Assembly (NCBI GenBank): GCA_965267345.1
Contig: OZ253947.1
Span: 138,814-202,813, forward strand
DNA length: 64,000 nt
From: Minisyncoccota bacterium
Lineage (GTDB): Bacteria; Patescibacteriota; Minisyncoccia; Phycocordibacterales; UBA2100
Direction of reading: 5' to 3'
The notes below the pieces were generated by a model, which ran no database searches, was not told the DNA's origin, and was given only the letters and a program-made list of their open reading frames with translations. Below are positions 8,909 through 17,210 of this stretch, in pieces. Both the position numbers and the translations under genes were made by a program. Position 1 is the first letter of the stretch. Each line of letters starts with the position of its first letter.

Positions 8909-10255
8909 ATGATTCGTCTTCGCGACACAGTGTTCATTTTTGTCTGTGCCATTGCGCTCTGCGCCGGTGGGGTGAGTATGGCCCATGCCGAAACTGACGT
9001 TGAGCGCCGTGCGCGGCTGCAGGCGCAGCTCGACCAGCTCGACAAAGAAATTGCCGGCCTTGAGGTTGTGAAAGGAGAGGTCGCAAAAGAACGACAGACG
9101 CTCGAGCGCGATATCTCACTCCTTGATGCTGAAATTGAAAAAGCGCAGCTGGCGATTCGGCGTCGTGATCTCACCATTGAGCAGATTATCGACAACATCC
9201 ACGATCGCGAAGAGGCTATGCAGGCACTCGACGAAAAACTGCGTCGCGAAAAAGCATCACTGGCGCAGCTCTTGCGACGCACGAACGAAATTGACGACAT
9301 GAGCTTTGCCGAGATGGTACTGGGAGGAGATGATCTCTCTGATGTATTTGAAGACATTGATGCATTTGAGTCGGTGAAGTTGTCACTGACAAATTCATTC
9401 GAGCACATTGCCGAGACACGCGTCTCAATTCGTCGCCAGCGCGATGCACTTGAAAAAGAGCACATTGAAGAAGAGCAACTGCGCAAGCTCCAAGAGCTCG
9501 AGAAGCAGAAGGTGGAAGAGCGCAAGGGCGAGAAGAACACTATTCTTGAAGTAACCAAGGGCGAAGAAGAAACGTATCAGGCACTCATTAGTGAAAAACG
9601 TCAGACCGCAGCCGAAATTCGCTCAGCACTCTTTGCCTTGCGTGACACAGCTGCTATTCCGTTTGGTGACGCCTATGACTTTGCAAAAGAAGCAAGTGCA
9701 AAAACGGGTGTTCGTCCGGCCTTGATCCTCGCGATTTTGAAACAAGAAACGAACCTTGGTGAAAATGTGGGGCAGTGTCTGCTCACCAACTCACCAAACA
9801 AAGGTGATGGTAAAGGGGCAAACACGGGACGCTTTTTCTCACAGGTCATGAAGGGGTCTCGCGACGTCGATCCGTTCATCGCCATTACTGCAGAACTTGG
9901 GCTTGACCCATACAGTCAGGTGGTGTCGTGTCCGCCAGGATACGGTTATGGTGGCGCGATGGGGCCCGCACAATTTATTCCGTCGACGTGGGTACTGTAC
10001 AAAGATCGCCTCGGAAAGGTTACGGGACAGAATCCGCCGAACCCATGGGAGCCACGGACGGCGATCTTTGCCACGGCACTGCTCATGGAAGACAACGGCG
10101 CTGATGGCGGTACGTATGCGTCTGAAAAACTCGCGGCGCTTCGCTACTTTGCAGGATGGGCAAACGCACGCGATCCTGACTATGACTTCTACGGTAGGAG
10201 TGTTATGGAGCTTGCAGACGATTTCCAACGCCAGATTGACATTTTGGAAGGCTAA
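8909..10255 (+). CDS. Secreted coiled-coil protein with C-terminal lysozyme-like (lytic transglycosylase-like) domain
   Basis: Signal peptide and about 250 aa of heptad coiled coil. C-terminal ALILAILKQETNLGENVGQC (E-S/T motif of SLT-like folds). Architecture resembles PcsB/EnvC-type cell-wall hydrolase regulators. Confidence 0.5.
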   Translation: MIRLRDTVFIFVCAIALCAGGVSMAHAETDVERRARLQAQLDQLDKEIAGLEVVKGEVAKERQTLERDISLLDAEIEKAQLAIRRRDLTIEQIIDNIHDREEAMQALDEKLRREKASLAQLLRRTNEIDDMSFAEMVLGGDDLSDVFEDIDAFESVKLSLTNSFEHIAETRVSIRRQRDALEKEHIEEEQLRKLQELEKQKVEERKGEKNTILEVTKGEEETYQALISEKRQTAAEIRSALFALRDTAAIPFGDAYDFAKEASAKTGVRPALILAILKQETNLGENVGQCLLTNSPNKGDGKGANTGRFFSQVMKGSRDVDPFIAITAELGLDPYSQVVSCPPGYGYGGAMGPAQFIPSTWVLYKDRLGKVTGQNPPNPWEPRTAIFATALLMEDNGADGGTYASEKLAALRYFAGWANARDPDYDFYGRSVMELADDFQRQIDILEG

Positions 10256-10256
10256 G

Positions 10257-10310
10257 AAACCGCTATTTTGACGTCAAAATAGCGGTTTACCGCTTGCAGT
10301 CATTGCTTTT
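10257..10310 (+). terminator. Terminator-like 13 bp perfect hairpin (palindrome around GACGTC) with distal T-run
   Basis: aaccgctattttgacgtcaaaatagcggtt ... gcttttttaacc. Confidence 0.45.
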
Positions 10311-10338
10311 TTAACCGTCTAAGGTATACTCGGCACCC

Positions 10339-10599
10339 ATGAAAAAGGATATTCATCCAGACAATTACCGACCCGTACTCTTCGTCGACAATGCGTCAGG
10401 AGAGGAGTTTTTGCTGTGGTCAACCGTTGCCACCGACGAAACAGGAACCTTTGACGGAAAGGAGTATCCACTCTATCGCGTTGAGATCTCAAGTGCGTCA
10501 CACCCATTTTACACCGGTGTTAAGACGACTATCGACACCGCAGGACGTGTTGAGAAGTTCAAGGCACGCCGTCAGGCAGCTCAAAAAGACGCTCAGTAA
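10339..10599 (+). CDS. rpmE: Ribosomal protein L31
   Basis: [14 protein letters not shown] is the classic L31 N- and C-terminal signature. Confidence 0.9.
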   Translation: MKKDIHPDNYRPVLFVDNASGEEFLLWSTVATDETGTFDGKEYPLYRVEISSASHPFYTGVKTTIDTAGRVEKFKARRQAAQKDAQ

Positions 10600-10673
10600 C
10601 CGATGTATAGCTACGACGCCCGCTGTTCTTGCAGAGCGGGCGTCGTGTCTGCATGCTAAGCTACTACAAGCCT

Positions 10674-11663
10674 ATGACGAACGCTGAGGAACATCGACAC
10701 CCACTCATTGACGAGTACGCGAACGACCCACGCGTGGCTTTTTTGGTGCAGGAGTATGAGCGTCTCGAGGGTGAAGCGTACGAAGCACGCCAGCTTGGTA
10801 CTGCCGACGCGGAAATGATGGCACTGGCACGCGAGGACATTCAGCGCATTGAAGAAGCACAGCAGCAGCTCGTTGCACAGATTGAAACTATTGTAAAAAG
10901 CGACGAAGAAGAGCAGCAATTTCCGAATGAGGCAGTGCTTGAGGTGCGCGCCGGTGCCGGTGGCGAAGAAGCGGCACTTTTTTCAGAAGAATTGGCGCTG
11001 ATGTACCTGAAGTATGCTGAATCGCAACGATGGCAGACCCGTGTGCTCGATGAGTCGCGTGCCGCAATGGGTGGCTACAAGGAAGCATCATTTGAAATAA
11101 AGGGACAGGGGTGCTATAAGCGTCTGCGATTTGAAACCGGTGTGCATCGTGTCCAGCGTATTCCGGCAACAGAGAAACAGGGGCGCATCCACACATCAAC
11201 GGCGAGTATTGCCATGCTGCCGGTGTATAAGCGCACGACCGTTGAGATTAACCCAGCTGACCTAGAAATTGAGTTTTCACGGGCCGGCGGTAAAGGGGGA
11301 CAAAACGTCAACAAAGTTGAAACGGCGGTACGACTGACGCACAAACCAACCGGACTGACGGTGCGCTGTACCGCTGAGCGTAGTCAGCAAAAAAACCGTG
11401 AAAAAGCCTATTCCATTATTGCCTCACGCTTGCAGCAGATTCACGATGAAGAGCTTGAGCGAAAGCGCTCGACGCAACGCGCGGCGCAAGTGGGTAGTGC
11501 CGATCGCTCTGAGAAAATCAGAACCTACAATTTCCCGCAGGATCGCATTACCGACCACCGCATCAAGGAATCGTGGTCGGGCATCGAGAAAGTGATGGGC
11601 GGTGCACTAGACAGCATCCTCGATGCGGTGAGTGAGGGTCTTGACGCAGAAGACGAGCGCTAA
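10674..11663 (+). CDS. prfA: Peptide chain release factor 1
   Basis: GGQ motif ([18 protein letters not shown]) and a PAT tripeptide ([13 protein letters not shown]), which indicates RF1 rather than RF2. Start uncertain: ORF opens at 10629, internal ATG 10674 chosen. Confidence 0.88.
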   Translation: MTNAEEHRHPLIDEYANDPRVAFLVQEYERLEGEAYEARQLGTADAEMMALAREDIQRIEEAQQQLVAQIETIVKSDEEEQQFPNEAVLEVRAGAGGEEAALFSEELALMYLKYAESQRWQTRVLDESRAAMGGYKEASFEIKGQGCYKRLRFETGVHRVQRIPATEKQGRIHTSTASIAMLPVYKRTTVEINPADLEIEFSRAGGKGGQNVNKVETAVRLTHKPTGLTVRCTAERSQQKNREKAYSIIASRLQQIHDEELERKRSTQRAAQVGSADRSEKIRTYNFPQDRITDHRIKESWSGIEKVMGGALDSILDAVSEGLDAEDER

Positions 11664-11737
11664 AGCGCCTATTGCGATTCTGGAGGCAATCTGGTACTAT
11701 CGCGCTACCCGCAACGGCGGGGATTTGTAATACGATT

Positions 11738-12454
11738 ATGGCCACAGACAATAAAACAATGATTCAAGAGCTTTTTAGTGCAGGAACGCACTTTGGCTAC
11801 ACACGTACACGCCGCAATCCAAGTGTGGTTCCGTTTCTTTTCGGGCAAAAGAACCGAAACGACATTTTTGATCTCGAGCAGACCGTACAGAAGCTCGAGG
11901 AGGCACAGGGTGCCGTTGCTGACACTATTGCTGCAGGCAAGGAAGTGCTTTTTGTTGCGGGGAAAAATGAGGCGTTCCGCATCGTGCGCGCCGCTGCCGA
12001 CAAAGCAGGACAGCCGTACGTATGCGGTCGCTGGATTGGCGGTACACTCACGAACTTTAAAGAAATTAGCAAGCGCACCAAGCGTCTTGATACACTCCGT
12101 ACTGACAAACAGAAAGGAAACCTCGATAAGTACACGAAGAAAGAGCGCCTCTTGATTGATCGCGAAATTGAAGATCTCGAGGAGACATTTGGTGGTATTG
12201 CTGACATGAAGGAGCTTCCCGCAGCACTGTTTATTGTTGACCCGCGTCACGAAGACATTGCCGTACGCGAAGCACAGACACTCGGTATTCCGATTATTGC
12301 ATTGGCAAACTCTGACTGTGATCTCTCACGCATTGCATTCCCAATCCCGGGAAATGATGCTTCGACGAAGAGTATTCAGTACGTCGCTGACGCGATCGTA
12401 CAGGCTGTTGCGGACGGCAAAAAGCGTCGTCAGAGCACAGCAGCACAGAAGTAA
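11738..12454 (+). CDS. rpsB: Ribosomal protein S2
   Basis: FSAGTHFGYTRTRRNP..FGQKNRNDIFDLEQT is the S2 signature. Confidence 0.95.
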   Translation: MATDNKTMIQELFSAGTHFGYTRTRRNPSVVPFLFGQKNRNDIFDLEQTVQKLEEAQGAVADTIAAGKEVLFVAGKNEAFRIVRAAADKAGQPYVCGRWIGGTLTNFKEISKRTKRLDTLRTDKQKGNLDKYTKKERLLIDREIEDLEETFGGIADMKELPAALFIVDPRHEDIAVREAQTLGIPIIALANSDCDLSRIAFPIPGNDASTKSIQYVADAIVQAVADGKKRRQSTAAQK

Positions 12455-12529
12455 TTGCAGCAACGCACCACAAGCGGTGGAGAACCGCGGTGCCAACATA
12501 TTAATGGCGTAACACGACTACGTAGCACT

Positions 12530-13108
12530 ATGGTATCAACAGATGACATCAAGCAACTCCGAGACGAAACAGGGGTTTCTATTATGCAGTGTAAGAAGGC
12601 GCTTGAGGAAGCCGACGGCGACATTGAGAAGGCAAAGGTGAGCCTCCGCAAAATTAGCGCGCAGGTGGCAGCCAAGAAGTCAGATCGCGAACTCGGTAGT
12701 GGCGCAGTACAGGCGTACATCCACCAAGGAAACACCGTTGCGGGTGTTGTGGTACTTGCGTGCGAAACAGACTTCGTCGCAAAAAATGAGGAGTTTGTAC
12801 AGCTAGCCTACGACATTGCTATGCACGTTGCCGCGATTGCACCGGAATTTCTCTCAAAAGACGACGTGACTGAAGAAGCAACAAAGGCAGCGCGCGCGGT
12901 GTTTGAGGAGGAAGCTGCCGACAAGCCTGAGGACATGCGCGAGAAGATTGTAGCAGGGAAGTTGGATGCATTCCTCAAAGAAAAGGTGCTGCTCGACCAG
13001 CCATTTGTGAAAAATGCCGACACGACAGTGCGTCAGTTGCTCGATGAGGCAACACAGAAGTTCGGCGAGCGTGTTGAAATTGCCGAGTTCTCTCGCTACG
13101 CTGTGTAG
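12530..13108 (+). CDS. tsf: Elongation factor Ts (short form)
   Basis: IKQLRDETGVSIMQCKKALEEADGDIEKA (UBA-like N-terminus) and ..LACETDFVAKNEEF. Lies directly downstream of rpsB. Confidence 0.88.
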   Translation: MVSTDDIKQLRDETGVSIMQCKKALEEADGDIEKAKVSLRKISAQVAAKKSDRELGSGAVQAYIHQGNTVAGVVVLACETDFVAKNEEFVQLAYDIAMHVAAIAPEFLSKDDVTEEATKAARAVFEEEAADKPEDMREKIVAGKLDAFLKEKVLLDQPFVKNADTTVRQLLDEATQKFGERVEIAEFSRYAV

Positions 13109-13124
13109 GTACTACCGGCGGTCT

Positions 13125-13550
13125 ATGAGTACCATTATTACATTTGCCATAGCGCTTGGCGCTCTCGTACTCTTTTTTGCATACAAAGTACTTGAGCGAT
13201 CACGCTCATTTCCGCGCTATCAGCGGATACGTTCACGTGCAGATGCACTCGTTGTTCGTTGGGGTACAGCGGTTGAAGCACGCATCCGCTACGTTGAGGA
13301 TAAGGTGTCGCTGCATGGCGTCGTGCGCGACTTGGCACATACCGGTGCACATGGCGTTGCGTATGCTGCACGCACGGTTGAGCAGCGCGCATTGGCCGCA
13401 ACGCGGCGCTTATCGCGCAACGGCCATCGACAGGGTACCGAGAGTCGCTCACCTTTTTTGCATGAGGTGTCTTCTCACAAAAGTAGCCTTGACACTGACC
13501 GCGTAAAACGAGAGACTAGCTTGGCCGACGCTGATACAGCATCGGAATAG
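13125..13550 (+). CDS. Hypothetical small membrane protein
   Basis: ATG inside ORF 13014..13550. N-terminal TM helix (IITFAIALGALVLFFAY). No recognisable domain. Confidence 0.35.
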   Translation: MSTIITFAIALGALVLFFAYKVLERSRSFPRYQRIRSRADALVVRWGTAVEARIRYVEDKVSLHGVVRDLAHTGAHGVAYAARTVEQRALAATRRLSRNGHRQGTESRSPFLHEVSSHKSSLDTDRVKRETSLADADTASE

Positions 13551-13636
13551 CCCGCGTGCCAGAGTAAGAGAAATCTTCTTCTGTCTGCGTTCGCGGGGAA
13601 TACGAATGTGGTACACTCGTATTCCGCCACTCACTT

Positions 13637-13712
13637 GCCAGAGTAGCTCAGTTGGTAGAGCAACCGCCTTGTAAGCGGTAGGTCAGCGGTTCGAATCCGC
13701 TCTCTGGCTCCA
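13637..13712 (+). tRNA. tRNA-Thr (anticodon UGU)
   Basis: 76 nt cloverleaf folded by hand. Acceptor GCCAGAG/CTCTGGC, D-arm GCTC..GAGC, anticodon stem ACCGC/GCGGT with loop CTTGTAA (anticodon TGT), T-arm AGCGG TTCGAAT CCGCT, encoded CCA. Confidence 0.85.
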
Positions 13713-13725
13713 GAAATGACACACT
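13692..13725 (+). repeat. Direct repeat copy 1 (34 bp: last 21 nt of tRNA-Thr plus 13 nt downstream)
   Basis: cgaatccgctctctggctccagaaatgacacact is identical to copy 2 at 13880..13913. Confidence 0.9.
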
Positions 13726-13727
13726 CC

Positions 13728-13760
13728 CAAGCTGAAAGGTTGGGAGTTTTGTATTTCTTG
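13728..13760 (+). terminator. Terminator hairpin downstream of tRNA-Thr
   Basis: Stem ctcccaa/ttgggag with loop gctgaaagg, followed by ttttgtattt. Confidence 0.5.
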
Positions 13761-13879
13761 CCAGATACTGATTCGAAAGACGGAGCCGGTATACAAGACG
13801 AAGCGCAGCGAAGTGCTTGTCGGCGAGTCCGGGCAGGAGCCACTTATCCTGAGCGCACGAAGGATTAGTGAGCTGACGC

Positions 13880-13913
13880 CGAATCCGCTCTCTGGCTCCA
13901 GAAATGACACACT
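13880..13913 (+). repeat. Direct repeat copy 2 (duplicated tRNA-Thr 3' end; att-like scar)
   Basis: Perfect 34/34 match to 13692..13725. The upstream sequence does not reconstitute a tRNA. Confidence 0.9.
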
Positions 13914-13986
13914 ACTCAAAGTAGGGTGCAAAACTCTTGAATTAACTCTAGAGCTGCCTCCAGAGTTTTTGCTATACTGAGTATCT

Positions 13987-14376
13987 ATGAAAGGATTTAT
14001 CACCAATATCGAAAACGATACGCTCGGTAATGAGCACTATCGTCGCGTGCTCTACACTGCACGCTACAGCCAGTTAGTAGTTATGAACCTTCGTCCAGGT
14101 GAAGAAATTGGGGAAGAGGTACATGGCCTCGATCAGTTTATTCGCATTGAGCAGGGGCAGGGTAGTGTAGTCCTTGATGGAGTTACTTCTGAGGTGCAGG
14201 CCGAGTGGGCCATTGTGATTCCTGCCGGCACACGACACAATGTCATCAACACGTCCGAGGTCACTGATTTGAAGCTCTACACCATCTACTCACCACCCGA
14301 GCACAAAGACGGGGTGCAGCAGGCAACAAAAGCCGACGAGTACGAGGAACACTTTGACGGTACGACAACTGAATAA
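13987..14376 (+). CDS. Cupin-domain protein
   Basis: 129 aa. ..HYRRVLYTARYSQLVVMNLRPGEEIGEEVH..DQFIRIEQGQG..PAGTRHNVIN is a conserved small cupin barrel pattern. Confidence 0.65.
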   Translation: MKGFITNIENDTLGNEHYRRVLYTARYSQLVVMNLRPGEEIGEEVHGLDQFIRIEQGQGSVVLDGVTSEVQAEWAIVIPAGTRHNVINTSEVTDLKLYTIYSPPEHKDGVQQATKADEYEEHFDGTTTE

Positions 14377-14404
14377 AAACGCCCCAAGTGGGGCGTTTTT
14401 ATTG
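14377..14404. terminator. Bidirectional terminator between the cupin gene and the convergent membrane protein gene
   Basis: A-run, stem cgcccca/tggggcg with loop ag, then a T-run. Confidence 0.65.
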
Positions 14405-15100
14405 ACTGTCCTCGTCGCCGAGCGCATCAGTACTGGTGGCAATTGTTGCCAGCTCGGGCAGAATTGCCTCAATGTCAGCAACGCTCTGAAAGCCTGAGTA
14501 AGCAGTATCGTTAATCACCAGTGCGGGAAGCTCATTCGGGATGTCACGCACTGAAATGAGCGTCTGCAGTGCAGCTAAATCAAGGTTGTAGTCGAATGAG
14601 TAGATGCGCAGTGTCGGGTAGGTGCGAGTCAGCTCAGTGAGGACGTAGCCTTGGCGCTCACAATCTTCACAGCTGCCGTCATTTGCGTAGAAGTAGAGGA
14701 GAAAGATCGGCTCAAGATCACACTTTTCAGCAACCTTTTCCATAAGGAGTAGGTCTTTGATTTCAAGCAGTGAGTAGTGGCGCTTGAGACGGCGCACCTC
14801 TTCATTGTTGACGCCAAGCTGTGATTCCGCGAATGAGAGTTTACGCGCGAGCGACTCAAGTTCACTGGAGAGCACCGAGTTTTCGGAAATGGTTTTGCAC
14901 GACTGCTCCTCGAGTAGTTGGAATTGTGTCTCGAGCGAAAGAATGTCAATAGAAATACCTTCTTCAATGGCGCGCAGCTGCTCAACACGCTTCTCATTAA
15001 AAAACGTGTTCACGGCAATGGCGGTGATAAAGATGAGTGTCGCAATGACGAATGCAAGCAAGTATTTTGTCCACGGAGTTGAGCGCATAGGTGAGTTCAC
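14399..15100 (-). CDS. Membrane-anchored coiled-coil protein with C-terminal CxxC thioredoxin-like region
   Basis: N-terminal TM helix, central heptad region, and C-terminal YFYANDGSCEDCERQGYVL (CxxC). Lies downstream of, and co-oriented with, the GT2 gene. Confidence 0.4.
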   Translation of the reverse strand: MNSPMRSTPWTKYLLAFVIATLIFITAIAVNTFFNEKRVEQLRAIEEGISIDILSLETQFQLLEEQSCKTISENSVLSSELESLARKLSFAESQLGVNNEEVRRLKRHYSLLEIKDLLLMEKVAEKCDLEPIFLLYFYANDGSCEDCERQGYVLTELTRTYPTLRIYSFDYNLDLAALQTLISVRDIPNELPALVINDTAYSGFQSVADIEAILPELATIATSTDALGDEDSQ

Positions 15101-15143
15101 TAATTACTGTGCGCGAAACTGTAGCACGAGCACGTACGGGGCG

Positions 15144-16376
15144 CTAGCGCCACCGTACGCCGCTGCTTGCAACAGCTTTGTAGAGCGCTGCGGTAAGCCA
15201 TAGTGGTGCAATAAAACCGTAGAGAGCGATGTAGACAGGAATATCGGCTGAAAATGACGGATCCTGAGCGAGGCGCTTCCCGATACCCATCAGCACGACG
15301 GTGAGTGCCACCACCACGATGGTCATGCTCAGCACTACATCGGTACTAATGTAGAAGAGTTCGATATCAGCGTGCGGCAGCGAAACGCCGACGGTCTGCA
15401 TGCGCGTCAACTCTTGCGCAATGAGTACCAGTACATTCCAGAGTACCGACATGAATAAGAAAATTGCTCCGAGTAGTGAGAAGAGGGTGATGGGAAGCAC
15501 CAGCAGACCGAGCGTGCCGTAGTGTGGATTGAGGAACATAAAGCGGTAATCGACCGCATTTTTCAAGAAGCCGTAGGTCCAGCGTACGCGCTGGCGCACG
15601 AGCTGCGCAAACGATTCAGGTGTTTTGGTGTATACGCGCGCCCGTGGCTCATTGACAATTCGTTTGTGGAATCGTTGCAGGCGAAGTCCCATCTCAAGGT
15701 CCTCAGTGCTGTGTGCGTGCTTCCACGGTCCCACTTCTTCGATAACGCTGCGACGGAAAAACGAAAACGGTCCAGGGGTGATGAATACTGCGTCGGCAAG
15801 TGCAAACGTTTTACGTATAAAAATAGAAAGGCCGTACTCCGCCTTTTGCACCACCTGTAGGAGACTGCGAGCACCGGCGACCTTGATGCTCGGTGTGATT
15901 GCCGCTACCTGCTCGTTGGCGACAAAGTGCGGTACCAAGTATAGGAGCGCATCAGCGTCCACGTACGAGTCGGCGTCGAGGCAGCCAATGAGGTCGGCGG
16001 TGGTGTGGGCGAGTGCCGCATTCATGGCACTGTGCTTGCCGCCGTTTTTCTTGTCGATAATGTGCACTGACGGATACTGCGCAAATGCAGAGAGGGTCTG
16101 CAGGGTCGCATCAGTTGAACCGTCATTGACCGCAATAATTTCAAGTTTGTCTTTCGGGTACGTGAGTGCAAGCAGTGATTCGATGGTACGTCCCACGGTC
16201 GCCTCTTCATTGAAGCACGGCACGATCACTGCCACACGCGGAAGTGTCGCATCGTCAGGTGACGCCGGTGCGCTGTGCTCTACGCCGAGGTGCTCAAGAA
16301 AGGTGATGAGCAGAAAAATCTCAAAATAGAGTGACACAAACAACACCGCGTGCATGAGTATACTCGCAATGTCCAT
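15144..16376 (-). CDS. Family-2 glycosyltransferase, processive type (QxxRW), integral membrane
   Basis: VIVPCFNEE, DGSTD, LDADS (DxD) and QRVRW. N-terminal TM and C-terminal multi-TM region, like PgaC/cellulose-synthase-type GT2. Confidence 0.85.
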   Translation of the reverse strand: MDIASILMHAVLFVSLYFEIFLLITFLEHLGVEHSAPASPDDATLPRVAVIVPCFNEEATVGRTIESLLALTYPKDKLEIIAVNDGSTDATLQTLSAFAQYPSVHIIDKKNGGKHSAMNAALAHTTADLIGCLDADSYVDADALLYLVPHFVANEQVAAITPSIKVAGARSLLQVVQKAEYGLSIFIRKTFALADAVFITPGPFSFFRRSVIEEVGPWKHAHSTEDLEMGLRLQRFHKRIVNEPRARVYTKTPESFAQLVRQRVRWTYGFLKNAVDYRFMFLNPHYGTLGLLVLPITLFSLLGAIFLFMSVLWNVLVLIAQELTRMQTVGVSLPHADIELFYISTDVVLSMTIVVVALTVVLMGIGKRLAQDPSFSADIPVYIALYGFIAPLWLTAALYKAVASSGVRWR

Positions 16377-16481
16377 GGGTCGATTCTAGCACGTGTGCGC
16401 AAAAAATGGCAGCAGTACTGCTGTTTTGAGGATAGTGACGTGTTTGGTCCGCAGTGTTTCTTGATGCTATACTCACAGGTA

Positions 16482-17210
16482 ATGGCGCACGAAGATTCGC
16501 ACTACATACACCCCATTACTGACGCGATTCGGCACATCACTGCTATTTTTTCTGATCTCGGATTTGAAGTTGCGTCAGGACCTGAGCGGGAGACGGAGCA
16601 CTATAACTTTGATGCTCTTAATGTTGCTAAAGATCACCCTGCACGCGATATGCAGGACACCTTCTGGGTTGACGACGACCACGTGCTGCGCACACACGAC
16701 ACGGCGGTGACGGCGCGTAAGCTCGAAGAGCACGACGGAGCGATGCGCTTTGTCTCATGTGGTAAAGCGTATCGCAATGAGGCAACTGACATGACGCACG
16801 AGGCGCAATTCTTTCAGGTAGATGCATTTGCGCTCGGCGAAGATGTTTCACTTGCGCACCTGAAGGGCACACTCGAGACATTCTTTACCCGCTTTCTTGG
16901 GAGTGCTGTCGACATACGATTCCGACCGGGATACTTTCCGTTTGTTGAACCGGGTGTTGAGGTAGACATGCGCCTCAAGGGTGCGTCAGTACCCGAGCGC
17001 CTCAAGGGCAAGTGGATTGAGATTCTCGGCGCCGGTATGCTCCATCCGAACGTACTGCGCGCCGGTGGTATTGATCCGGAAACCTATCAGGGGTGGGCAT
17101 TTGGCGGTGGTATTGAGCGCTTGTGCATGCTCAAGTGGGGGATCGACGACATTAGGGCATTTCATGCAGGAGATCTGCGCGTTATTCAGCAATTTCACGC
17201 AAACGTATGA
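16482..17210 (+). CDS. pheS: Phenylalanyl-tRNA synthetase alpha subunit (short, catalytic core only)
   Basis: FRPGYFPFVEPGVEVD class II motif. Stop overlaps the pheT start (ATGA). Start chosen at ATG 16482 (AGGT 5 nt upstream); ORF opens at 16350. Confidence 0.88.
   Translation: MAHEDSHYIHPITDAIRHITAIFSDLGFEVASGPERETEHYNFDALNVAKDHPARDMQDTFWVDDDHVLRTHDTAVTARKLEEHDGAMRFVSCGKAYRNEATDMTHEAQFFQVDAFALGEDVSLAHLKGTLETFFTRFLGSAVDIRFRPGYFPFVEPGVEVDMRLKGASVPERLKGKWIEILGAGMLHPNVLRAGGIDPETYQGWAFGGGIERLCMLKWGIDDIRAFHAGDLRVIQQFHANV

Noticed and set aside
13631-14006. Minus-strand ORFs 13631..13843 and 13683..14006 overlapping tRNA-Thr and the repeat scar.
   Set aside because: They are read through the antisense of the tRNA and the duplicated 34-mer. 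Their similarity to each other comes from the DNA repeat, not from protein conservation.
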